Below are positions 9,135 through 18,136 of a stretch of DNA of 64,000 nucleotides, piece by piece. The position numbers and the translations under genes were made by a program. Origin of the DNA: Armatimonadota bacterium. GTDB lineage: Bacteria > Armatimonadota > Hebobacteria > CAIYQO01. The DNA lies in assembly GCA_020060775.1 (NCBI GenBank), contig JAGUZN010000220.1, positions 984 to 64,983 of the forward strand, given 5' to 3'. Each line of letters starts with the position of its first letter. The stretch's first letter is position 1. The notes beneath the pieces are model-generated. The model worked only from the letters and a program-made list of their open reading frames with translations, had not been told where the DNA came from and did not search any database.

Positions 9135-9939
9135 GGGGGTCCGTTTGATTGCGCTTCGAGGCGATACCCGCTTGTTGCCTTTGGTCTCATGGTGGCAGAC
9201 AGAAATCCATACCGTGTTAAGCGACAAGCTGCAAGCGGTGGTGCTGGGCGGCAGCACGGTGCTTGGCGATTTCCAGCCGGGGTGGAGCGATGTCGATGTC
9301 TGCGTGGTGCTGCGTACGCCGATCACGGAAGCCGAAGGCGCTGTTATCGGACAGGTGCACGACGCCATGCGTGCCCACTTCATCGACGGTGGGCAAGATG
9401 GCTGGCGATCAGGTCAGGCCATTGAAGGTGCCTATATCACCGGCGAGATGTTGCAGTATGGACACGCTGGCACCTGTTACGTCGCCGGCGGTAGCACGCG
9501 CTGGTGGGGTGTGAAAGATCCTATTTCGCCGTTCGACCGCCTGATATATGCCCAACACGGTTGCTGGTTGTTTGGTGAAGAAGTGCCTATTGCCCTGCCA
9601 GATGGAAAGGCTTTGCGGGCACAATCTATCCGCGATTCGCAGGAATTCATAAACCCACCAGCCGGGTGCCTGGAATCCGCCATCTGGCTGGCCGGCATCA
9701 TGCACTGGTTGTCCCGCACGCTGGTCTTCTGGCGGGATGGGGAACTGGTATCCAAAACCGCCGCGCTGGAGCGCGAGGTCGCCGCTGGTAGACCGCTGGC
9801 GAGCGCCTTCATCCTGCCCCTGGCCTTGCGGCGGGAGGGGAGTGCAGCGTGCCGGCAGCATGTTGATGATCTTCGGTATAATTACCAGGCGAATCTTGAT
9901 ACGGCTGTGCAGTCATTGGTCGAAGTCGGACTGCTGTAA
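9109..9939 (+). CDS. Nucleotidyltransferase, aminoglycoside adenylyltransferase (ANT/AadA)-like; true start probably downstream of 9109
   Basis: Pol-beta-type NTase motif 'LGGSTVLGDFQPGWSDVDVCVVL' (GS...SDxD); length is about that of ANT(3'')/(9) enzymes. Confidence 0.55.
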   Translation: MPGRGFLFQGVRLIALRGDTRLLPLVSWWQTEIHTVLSDKLQAVVLGGSTVLGDFQPGWSDVDVCVVLRTPITEAEGAVIGQVHDAMRAHFIDGGQDGWRSGQAIEGAYITGEMLQYGHAGTCYVAGGSTRWWGVKDPISPFDRLIYAQHGCWLFGEEVPIALPDGKALRAQSIRDSQEFINPPAGCLESAIWLAGIMHWLSRTLVFWRDGELVSKTAALEREVAAGRPLASAFILPLALRREGSAACRQHVDDLRYNYQANLDTAVQSLVEVGLL

Positions 9940-9951
9940 TAGGGAGGCTAT

Positions 9952-10497
9952 ATGTCCGGATGGATCGAGACTATGAGCAACGTGCAACTGCTACACCCGA
10001 CCACTGATATTGAGCCGGAATACCGGGCGTTCATCGCCGAATTTATCGAGCAGCAGGAGCCAGAGATGTTTTATCGTCTGCCGGGAGACGACTTCGCTGA
10101 ATTCGTGGCGCAGTTGCACCGAGAGGCGCGAGGCGAGGGGCTGCCGGACTGGGCCGTGCCGCAAAATACCCTCTGGGCGGTGCGCGACGCACGGCTGGTT
10201 GGCGTGTTGAAGCTGCGCCATCGCCTCACCCCGGCGCTAGAGAGCCGTGGCGGGCACATCGGCTACTTCGTGCGTCCCTCGGCGCGCGGGCGCGGAATTG
10301 CCACCCGCATGCTGGCGATGGCGCTCGACAAGGCACGAGCCCTTGGCCTCACCCGCGTGCTACTCACCTGCGACATTGACAACCATGCCTCAGCCCGCGT
10401 AATGGTGAAGAACGGCGGCGTGCGCACCACCGACAGCGCGGACCCCGGCACCGGGTTGCCGCTGGCGCGATATTGGATCGATTTGGAGACAAGATGA
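9952..10497 (+). CDS. GNAT family N-acetyltransferase
   Basis: 'GYFVRPSARGRGIATRMLAMAL...LTCDIDNHASARVMVKNGG' matches the acetyl-CoA binding motif A region. Confidence 0.7.
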   Translation: MSGWIETMSNVQLLHPTTDIEPEYRAFIAEFIEQQEPEMFYRLPGDDFAEFVAQLHREARGEGLPDWAVPQNTLWAVRDARLVGVLKLRHRLTPALESRGGHIGYFVRPSARGRGIATRMLAMALDKARALGLTRVLLTCDIDNHASARVMVKNGGVRTTDSADPGTGLPLARYWIDLETR

Positions 10498-11126
10498 CGC
10501 AGACCCACTCGGCCATCCGCTGCACCCTCTTCGACTTCGCCGGCACGCTCAGCCCCACGCCGTACTTCTGGCCGCTGGGGGCCGACTTTTGCGCGGTGGT
10601 GACGGAGGCCATCTTTACCGGGGAGAACAAGGTACGCTGGGCCAGCCAGTGGTGCCGCGGTCAGCTCACTTCGTTGGATATCGCGAATTATCTCTCCGGG
10701 TTGACCGGTCTGTCGCCGGAACGCATCCTTACCGCATTAGACGAGGGCTGTGCCAAACTGCAGTTGCATCCGGCTATCTGGCGTTTTGCACAGGCTCAGC
10801 GGGCGCAGGGACGGCGTACTGCGCTGGTGACAATCAACATGGACGTCTTCACCCGCGTCGTCGCCCCCGCGCACGGCTTTAACCGGGTGTTCGATGTGGT
10901 GGTGAACTCGGCGGACTACGGCACGGAGGAGAAGAACGCGCTGTGCGAGATTGCCTTCGGTCAGTTGGATGGCTGCACCTTCGAGAACAGCCTGCTTATC
11001 GATGATATGCCAAAGTGTCTGGACGCCTTTCGGGCATGCGGGGGGATGGCGTACCAGTATACGACGGATGAGGCGTTTGCAGAATGGGCGCAAACTCTGG
11101 AGGAGAGTGGATATGTCCTGGCCTAA
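10494..11126 (+). CDS. HAD-superfamily hydrolase
   Basis: ATGA overlap with the preceding GNAT stop; N-terminal 'TLFDFAGTL' (DxxGT motif I). Confidence 0.55.
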   Translation: MTQTHSAIRCTLFDFAGTLSPTPYFWPLGADFCAVVTEAIFTGENKVRWASQWCRGQLTSLDIANYLSGLTGLSPERILTALDEGCAKLQLHPAIWRFAQAQRAQGRRTALVTINMDVFTRVVAPAHGFNRVFDVVVNSADYGTEEKNALCEIAFGQLDGCTFENSLLIDDMPKCLDAFRACGGMAYQYTTDEAFAEWAQTLEESGYVLA

Positions 11127-11805
11127 AGCACTATTGCTGGATTTCTACGGGACGGTGGTACTGGATGACGATGCAGCGTTGACCGCTATTTGTGAAAAAG
11201 TGGCCTTGGTTGCCGCGCAGGACGTGTCAGCCAAAGACGTCGCCTCCTACTGGTGGAGGCAGTTTACCGAACTCTTCCAACAAAGTCACGGTGACGAATT
11301 TCGAACGCAAGTGGAACTCGACATTCTCTCCCTCGAGCGGGTACTGGACCATTTCTGTGCACCACTTGATGCCAAGGCGCTAATCTCACCGCTCTTTACG
11401 TACTGGGAAACACCGGAAATGTGGCCGGAAGCGCGTGAAGTATTAGAGCAATGTGATCTGCCAATTTGCCTGGTCTCGAACATCGACAATGCAGAACTCG
11501 CTATCGCGCTACAGAGGAACAATCTCACCTTTCAGTATATCGTCACCAGCGAGGATTGCCGCGCCTACAAGCCGCATCCGGCGCCTTTTATGCGCGCGCT
11601 GGAATTACTCGGATTGGAGCCACACGAGTTATTGCATGTAGGCGATTCGTTGACCAGTGACGTGCGGGGCGCACAGGCGCTGGGCATTCCGACGTTATGG
11701 ATTAACCGGACGGGGCGAAAGCTTCCGGAAGATTGTTCGCCTGAATATGTTGCGACTGATCTATATGGCCTACTTTCGGTATGCGTAACGGCGGTAACGC
11801 CATGA
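11113..11805 (+). CDS. HAD-superfamily hydrolase (haloacid dehalogenase-like)
   Basis: 'LLLDFYGTVV' motif I and 'LHVGDSLTSDVRGAQALGIPTLWIN' motif IV region. Confidence 0.6.
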   Translation: MSWPKALLLDFYGTVVLDDDAALTAICEKVALVAAQDVSAKDVASYWWRQFTELFQQSHGDEFRTQVELDILSLERVLDHFCAPLDAKALISPLFTYWETPEMWPEAREVLEQCDLPICLVSNIDNAELAIALQRNNLTFQYIVTSEDCRAYKPHPAPFMRALELLGLEPHELLHVGDSLTSDVRGAQALGIPTLWINRTGRKLPEDCSPEYVATDLYGLLSVCVTAVTP

Positions 11806-12647
11806 AGGTTGAACGGTTTGATGATCCTCACGCCTTTTGCGACCGGGTGCTCCCCCTGTTGCTGCGGCATGAGGCCGAGAACAACCTGATGATCAGCGTC
11901 GCTCTGCGCCTGGCAGACGGCACCGGCACGTGGGGTGATGCCCCACCCGTGCTGTATGCGGTGGAAGATGCCGGACAGATGATAGCTGCAGCGCTGCAGA
12001 CACCGCCGCATTACCTGCAACTGACGCGGATGGGGGAAGATGCGCTTGCGTGTCTCGTTGATGCGTTACGGGCTGGCAATCATGCACTGCCGGGCGTGTT
12101 GGGGCCCGTCGGGGTGGTAGAGACATTCGCAAAGCGCTGGGCAGATGGCCGTGAGCTACAGGCACAGGTTGAGAAAGGTATGGGCATCTACCAGTTGGAG
12201 CGTGTGGTACCGCCGGCGCATCCTGGCGGGCTACAGGCGTTAGCAACCGAAGACGATATCCCCCTGCTGCTGGAATGGCTGCGAGATTTCTTCCACGACA
12301 CCGGGCTCCCGGAGCAGGAGAACGAAGCGCTCATACGCAAGGCGCTGTCTGATGAACGCTTTTTTCTCTGGCAAGCTCCTGCCCCCGTCTCGCTGGCGGC
12401 CTGCTGCGGCCCGACGCCGCACGGCATGCGCATCAACTCCGTCTATACCCCGCCGGAGCAGCGGGGCAAGGGCTATGCCTCCGCCAACGTCGCCGCGCTC
12501 AGCCAGCACCTGCTGGACAACGGCTGCCTGTTCTGTTATCTGTTTACTGATCTCGACAACCCGACCTCGAACAGCATCTACCAGAAGATCGGGTACCGGC
12601 GGGTGTGCGAGTTTACGTCGGTGCGGTTTACCGATGTGCAGGGGTAA
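11802..12647 (+). CDS. GNAT family acetyltransferase (C-terminal acetyltransferase domain)
   Basis: ATGA overlap with the preceding stop; 'TPPEQRGKGYASANVAAL...IYQKIGYRRV' GNAT core. Confidence 0.5.
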   Translation: MKVERFDDPHAFCDRVLPLLLRHEAENNLMISVALRLADGTGTWGDAPPVLYAVEDAGQMIAAALQTPPHYLQLTRMGEDALACLVDALRAGNHALPGVLGPVGVVETFAKRWADGRELQAQVEKGMGIYQLERVVPPAHPGGLQALATEDDIPLLLEWLRDFFHDTGLPEQENEALIRKALSDERFFLWQAPAPVSLAACCGPTPHGMRINSVYTPPEQRGKGYASANVAALSQHLLDNGCLFCYLFTDLDNPTSNSIYQKIGYRRVCEFTSVRFTDVQG

Positions 12648-12677
12648 CGGATATTGCTTATCCCATCACGGGAAAGA

Positions 12678-14564
12678 ATGTGTGATATGGAACGCTTCGC
12701 CCCGTATACCGAGAACATCCTTCGCATTGACCCGGCGCATCATGCGAAAGCTGCCTTGATTACGACCGGGAACCTGGACAACGCGTACCAGGAATACCGC
12801 CGTGATATTCAGCGGCGGACGCTCTGGTTGTGCCAGCACGGCCAGTGCGAACCCCGGTTCTTCGCTGGGGATGACGCTCATGCGCCGGCATGGGCGCCGT
12901 CTGATCGGTGGGTCGCCTATCTCTGCCGGGCGTCCGGCACGACACAACTCTGGGTCGCCCAGTCTGATGGTACGCAACCTCGTCAAGTGACAGCCTGGAT
13001 GCCGGACGAGGATAATGCGTTTCAAGGGGCACTGATCCTATGGACCCCCGATGAGCGCAGCATGGTCTTCACATCATCTACAGGAGATGGCATCCGTATC
13101 ACGGGGGTGGCGGTATCTGGTCGCGATCCATTTGTCGTTGCCGAACTCCCGTCACCGCAAGGCCATTTGTTGGGATGGGACCTCGATGCCACGCGATGCC
13201 TGGTCTCGACGAGAACGAGTATCGTGTCTCTCGCAGTCAAAAGCGGCACCTGCGAGACACGGTGCGCAGAACAGCATGATCATGCCTGGCTCGATCATGC
13301 TGGTGATCTCTGGCTTACCCGGATCATGGATCATGAACTCCATGTTGGCCTGGTTGCCGATGCCGGAATATGCGCATGGCAATGGACATTGCCATTTGAT
13401 ACGGTGGTCGACAACATCTATGCGTTCGATGCGCAACGGCGCGTGGTCTACCTGCTGCGCCATGCAGGAATGATGCGTCAGTTACTGGCATGGCACTTAC
13501 CCACGGGAGTCGTACGTGATTGCACGCCACCTGACACCGTGGTTGCGGCAGAATGTGAACGAGTTCCATCGCCAGCGATATACAGCAACGCTTGCTGGTT
13601 TTTCGCATCGACCTCAGTGCATGCGGCGGAAGTCTACCGCGTGACCCCTGACAGTGTCCCCATGAGAATGACCAGCCGGGTACCACAGATTCAGCCCGCC
13701 ACTCTGCCGGAAAGTCGGCGCATCACCTGGCAGAGTGCGGGGTGGGAGATCGAAGGCATCCTCGTGCTGCCGACCACCCAGCAGGAAGCTGCACCACCGT
13801 ACCCCACTGTCGTGTATTTGCACGGGGGGCCGGAACTTGAGGTGCAATATGCCTTTGAGACGCTGGCCAATCGTCGCGGGCAAAGTGCTGCGTATGACCT
13901 GGCCGCCGCAGGATTTGCCGTACTGTTGCCAAACGTCCGGGGCAGCCGCGGATACGGACGGGCTTTCATGGCCGAACTGGGAGATTACCACCTGTTTGAT
14001 CAGCCGTTCGCCGATGTCATGGCGGGGGTCGATACCTTGGTCGCTTCCGGGATTGCCGACCCGGCACGGTTGGGCATTTATGGATTCAGCTACGGCGCGG
14101 AGCTGGCCCTCTGGGCTATCGGTCACACCTCGCGCTTTGCCGGGGCTGTGGGTATCTGTGGGCGGTATGATCAGGAGCATCTTGCGCGCTGTTCCGGTGC
14201 CCCGTTTCACACCCTGAACGCGACACGATTAGGGGCCGCGGACCCCCAGGAGGTCTGGCAGAAGCCAGAGCTCTGGCAGCACCTGTCACCAATGCACCAT
14301 ATCGATAAGATACAAACGCCCGTGTTGTTAGTGGAAACAGCGGCGGAACGGCGTCCTGGCACGGAAGCGCAACCGCTACTGTCGGCGCTCCTGCAGCAGG
14401 GGGTCGAGTCGCACCTGCGGTATTATCCCGAGGCGTTTCATGGTGGAGGATGGCATCTCGGTTATCAGGAAGACTACTCGCGACGGTTGGTCGCCTGGTT
14501 CCGGCATATCCTGCTGGGGGAAGCATTGCCCGCAAGGTTTAGCGTGCAACAAGAGGGTATGTAA
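12678..14564 (+). CDS. S9 family serine peptidase (prolyl oligopeptidase / acylaminoacyl-peptidase-like) with N-terminal beta-propeller
   Basis: 'VVYLHGGPE' followed by the catalytic 'GFSYGAELALWA' GxSxG motif; N-terminal TolB-like repeats. Confidence 0.75.
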   Translation: MCDMERFAPYTENILRIDPAHHAKAALITTGNLDNAYQEYRRDIQRRTLWLCQHGQCEPRFFAGDDAHAPAWAPSDRWVAYLCRASGTTQLWVAQSDGTQPRQVTAWMPDEDNAFQGALILWTPDERSMVFTSSTGDGIRITGVAVSGRDPFVVAELPSPQGHLLGWDLDATRCLVSTRTSIVSLAVKSGTCETRCAEQHDHAWLDHAGDLWLTRIMDHELHVGLVADAGICAWQWTLPFDTVVDNIYAFDAQRRVVYLLRHAGMMRQLLAWHLPTGVVRDCTPPDTVVAAECERVPSPAIYSNACWFFASTSVHAAEVYRVTPDSVPMRMTSRVPQIQPATLPESRRITWQSAGWEIEGILVLPTTQQEAAPPYPTVVYLHGGPELEVQYAFETLANRRGQSAAYDLAAAGFAVLLPNVRGSRGYGRAFMAELGDYHLFDQPFADVMAGVDTLVASGIADPARLGIYGFSYGAELALWAIGHTSRFAGAVGICGRYDQEHLARCSGAPFHTLNATRLGAADPQEVWQKPELWQHLSPMHHIDKIQTPVLLVETAAERRPGTEAQPLLSALLQQGVESHLRYYPEAFHGGGWHLGYQEDYSRRLVAWFRHILLGEALPARFSVQQEGM

Positions 14565-14642
14565 TGGCCTAGATAAGCGGTATGGCTCTCACCACATCGT
14601 GACGGGCCGGGTACAAGCATACCCGGCCCCCCCGATGACAGG

Positions 14643-15896
14643 TTACACCATCCGCACCAGCTTCCGCTGCTGGTTATCCCAACGCCATTCGGCTTGAGTA
14701 CCGTACAGGTGGACACCACCGAGCCAACGGTCGATGCCGTTGAGGGTGATCCAATCGGCCTGACCACGCATGACAGCTTCACCGTCGGAGGTAAGGGTAT
14801 ATGTTGTCTGAGTAATTGGCCAATCGCAGCGCGGAAGATCATGCGCGTGTTCGAGTCCACTGATAGTCAGAAGCGGATATTCGCGCGAAGCTAGCGGCTC
14901 GAGTTGATCAAATAGGTAGGAGAGACCGAAATAGGCAGGTTGCTCGAGGTCTGAGAGCCGGTGGAATATCTGATCATAACGATGATACCCATTGGCGACC
15001 AGTTCGAGGATCTCCTGCTCCATGCGATTCACCCCGTTTAGCAACGTGGGAAAGCGTTCCAGATGCTTCAGCAGCGCTGGGGCTAGATACGGGAGTGCAG
15101 AAGTGTCACCAGCAAGCACATGCTCAATCGAGGTCGGGTCCGCCGAACGGTAAGCCTGCCATGCTGCGACACCCAGGGTTGTTTGCACAGCGGACACCGG
15201 CTGTCGCTGCGGCAGCAAGCCGGCCAACTGCTCGTTGGATAGCTCACCCAGGCCATGGAAGACAGGTTTGCCCGGGTACTCGCCAATGCAGATGAGGCTG
15301 AGGGTAGTTCTGCCAAGCGTCTGGCGAGAGAACCAATCGAGTTGGCGGCAGAGCACGACCTGGTCGTATAAGCATGCGTCAAACCAGAGCACCACTTCCT
15401 GATACTCGGGAAACTCGGCTAATCGCCGGTCCATGTTCTGCAATGCCTGGATCGCCTGTGCGGGTGTCGGGAAGATTTCGGTGAGTTGCTGGGCACGCAA
15501 TTCCAGCCACTGCTGCTCCGTAACCCCGGAGGGAGTCGGCCCCTCGATCAGCGGGTCCAGCCAAGTCATGACGGTGCCAGGCACTCGGCTCTCGCGCAGA
15601 ACCAAGGCGGGCAGTTCGATGCAGAAGACGTGGAGATATCGCCGGGGGTCTTCCTGTTCGACATACTGCTTCAACGCACGCCAACTGGTGAAACCATAAT
15701 CTTGTGCAAGCGCAAATTGCATCTCCGTGAGTGTGACATCGGCTGATAGGATCTCATCCGGTGAGGCTGATGTAAATCGATGGAGATGCCGCAACACCGT
15801 ACAGACGGTCTGATCGCCCTGCTGGTGCGCGCGGAGGAGTGACTTGGCCTGCTTTTTGAGGTTTTCCAAGCTAGGCCGTGAAGGTAAGCTGGTCAT
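14643..15896 (-). CDS. Hypothetical protein (DUF1835/DUF3658-like); start chosen at the AGGAGG-preceded ATG
   Basis: Long minus-strand ORF; strong RBS 'AAAGGAGGTCATATG' at 15896-15910 (reverse strand). Confidence 0.4.
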   Translation of the reverse strand: MTSLPSRPSLENLKKQAKSLLRAHQQGDQTVCTVLRHLHRFTSASPDEILSADVTLTEMQFALAQDYGFTSWRALKQYVEQEDPRRYLHVFCIELPALVLRESRVPGTVMTWLDPLIEGPTPSGVTEQQWLELRAQQLTEIFPTPAQAIQALQNMDRRLAEFPEYQEVVLWFDACLYDQVVLCRQLDWFSRQTLGRTTLSLICIGEYPGKPVFHGLGELSNEQLAGLLPQRQPVSAVQTTLGVAAWQAYRSADPTSIEHVLAGDTSALPYLAPALLKHLERFPTLLNGVNRMEQEILELVANGYHRYDQIFHRLSDLEQPAYFGLSYLFDQLEPLASREYPLLTISGLEHAHDLPRCDWPITQTTYTLTSDGEAVMRGQADWITLNGIDRWLGGVHLYGTQAEWRWDNQQRKLVRMV

Positions 15897-16095
15897 ATGA
15901 CCTCCTTTCAACATTTGCCTGGCGTCTGCAATCACAGGCTGAAAGAAGGTGTCTTCATTCAGGGAACACGCATGGCAGGCTTGGCCCTTTCCGCAGACTG
16001 GAGGTGCCCATGACACACCTCTGTGGAGTATAATCAGTTGAACAGGTGCTGTCAACGGCAAGCGACAGCCGACAGCCTTTTCGAGGGAAGACCCG

Positions 16096-16941
16096 ATGCA
16101 CGCAGTGACTTATCACATCGCTCCGCCAAGCTGGACACACGAAGACCCGAATCCCTTCACTGCCGACGGCAGCTACGGGCCGGGTTGGAGCTGCTTTCGC
16201 ATTCGTGAGGAGACAGATAGCCGTGGGTGGAATGGTCGAGGAACAAACGGCCTTTTTGCCTATGTGGTGGGTCGCGGATGGAAGCGCAATCTGGCCGCTG
16301 ATCTGGCTGACTTCATCCGCTATGAATCCATCTACGGGCGGCAGTGCATCATCAGCGTGCCGGCAGATATGGGGTGCACCTTCGTCGAGCGAGCATTGGC
16401 TGAGACGCCGGACTGGTCGGTGGTGCGCCCGGATGACCCGAAATGGCTGGTGCATTCCACCACCGTACAGGGGTGGGCGGCCATTCAAGCCTGCGGCGAG
16501 TTGCGTGCGCAGGCCCGCTTGCGCCGAGAAGGTGTCGTCATGCCCAACCTGGGCGGCGACTGGCTGGGAGAGCCGGCGGATTACGCCGACTACATCATCC
16601 TGGCGACCGCTGGCGCCATGGCTCCCGAGTTCGTAGTGGCTTCCCGCAACGCCAACCGACTGCACACCGAACCGGACACCCCCTACACGCCGGGAGCGCG
16701 TCTCTTCTTCGACGGGCACCAGATGATTCGCGACGGCTTGATCGTCCGCGACGGCCTGCATGGGGCCAAGGTATACGACCATCTGCCACTCGATCCCTAC
16801 TTGGTCGCTGCGGTGACGTCACACGACCTTGACCCCGAGGGGGAAGTCACCGCCTGGACGCCAAAGTCATTCTGCTTAGCGGCGCTGGAATATTTTTCGT
16901 CGGTTGTGGGGGAGCCAGTGCCGTATGAGCATTGGGCGTGA
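16096..16941 (+). CDS. Hypothetical protein
   Basis: 281-aa ORF with GC-typical codon usage and no recognized motif. Confidence 0.3.
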   Translation: MHAVTYHIAPPSWTHEDPNPFTADGSYGPGWSCFRIREETDSRGWNGRGTNGLFAYVVGRGWKRNLAADLADFIRYESIYGRQCIISVPADMGCTFVERALAETPDWSVVRPDDPKWLVHSTTVQGWAAIQACGELRAQARLRREGVVMPNLGGDWLGEPADYADYIILATAGAMAPEFVVASRNANRLHTEPDTPYTPGARLFFDGHQMIRDGLIVRDGLHGAKVYDHLPLDPYLVAAVTSHDLDPEGEVTAWTPKSFCLAALEYFSSVVGEPVPYEHWA

Positions 16942-16962
16942 TATTGAAGGCGGAGAGATCGC

Positions 16963-18009
16963 ATGCGGCAGACACCCTTCACACAGGAACAATGGGCCGA
17001 CATCCTGCAGCGAGTGGTGGGATGGACCGATACCCGCGTGACAACGATTGACGTATTACGGGGGCAACACCCGCCGTATACGTGTCGGCTGTCGCTCGTC
17101 GGGAGTCAGGCACCATGTCCGATCATTGCCAAGGTCGCCGTTCCCTATGGCCCGCGACCGGCGGATGTGGAAGGCCTGCTCCATGCGTGGTTGCTCGCCG
17201 TAGGGGCGCCGTTGCCGCGGCTGTTGTGGCATGGCATGATTGCTAATGACATGGCGCTGGTGTTGCTCGACGATCTCGCCATAACGCACCGACTGCACAC
17301 CCACGAACACCTGTGGTCGCCGGACGAGATACGCGCCGTAATGTCGGCCACGGCGCAATTCCATGCCGCCGGGATGCGCTTGCCTCTTGCGCAGCTGCGC
17401 CACCGGCATCCCTGGCTCGTGCCGGCCTCCTCGATATGGAGCTCCTGGTTGCCGGATATTTGCGCGCGCGCATCACGGCCGCCGTTACGGGTCACCGACC
17501 CCCATTCCCTGGAAGCGTTGCAGCGGCTGCATGACTGGATGCAGCGGTATCGCACACCACTCACTGCATGGGAAACGATCATCCATGCGGACATCTTTTG
17601 GGGCAATGTGGCACTCTATGATACGGTTGATGGTGTGCAGGCCACCCTCCTCGATCTCGGTTCGGCATCGATTGGACTTCCTCAGTATGACGCCGTTTAT
17701 CTCAGGCTGCGTGGTGGTTTCCCCACTGATGCCGGCGATGACATCTGGCCACACAGTGATCGCTGGTATGAAGACGTGCTGCGTCCGCTGCTCCCAGCGC
17801 GACACACGGATGGGCCGTCCTGGGACGTGGCACAGGCTGTTGCCGAGGTGCAAATGAATCTGGAATGGCATGCCCATATTATCGCACTGCTCGATAAAGG
17901 CGATCAGGCCACCCTACAAGACCGGGATCTCCTCGCCAGGCAAGTGCGCGGCCCGTTATTCGGTGAGACATTCATACACCTGTGCCAGCGACTTTTTACA
18001 TTTGTATAA
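16963..18009 (+). CDS. Phosphotransferase enzyme family protein (aminoglycoside/choline kinase-like, APH fold)
   Basis: Brenner/catalytic-loop-like 'IIHADIFWGNVAL' and 'LLDLGSASIGLPQYD' (HxDxxxxN ... D motif). Confidence 0.55.
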   Translation: MRQTPFTQEQWADILQRVVGWTDTRVTTIDVLRGQHPPYTCRLSLVGSQAPCPIIAKVAVPYGPRPADVEGLLHAWLLAVGAPLPRLLWHGMIANDMALVLLDDLAITHRLHTHEHLWSPDEIRAVMSATAQFHAAGMRLPLAQLRHRHPWLVPASSIWSSWLPDICARASRPPLRVTDPHSLEALQRLHDWMQRYRTPLTAWETIIHADIFWGNVALYDTVDGVQATLLDLGSASIGLPQYDAVYLRLRGGFPTDAGDDIWPHSDRWYEDVLRPLLPARHTDGPSWDVAQAVAEVQMNLEWHAHIIALLDKGDQATLQDRDLLARQVRGPLFGETFIHLCQRLFTFV

Positions 18010-18136
18010 TGCGAGATTGAGAGCATGATGTCGTGAATCTCACGCAGAGTTGCGGGAGACGAAGCGAGAGCGGGAACGATAAAGACTTGTGTCCTGCGTC
18101 ATGGTTATTACGCGATCATGCTCTCGAATGCCAGGG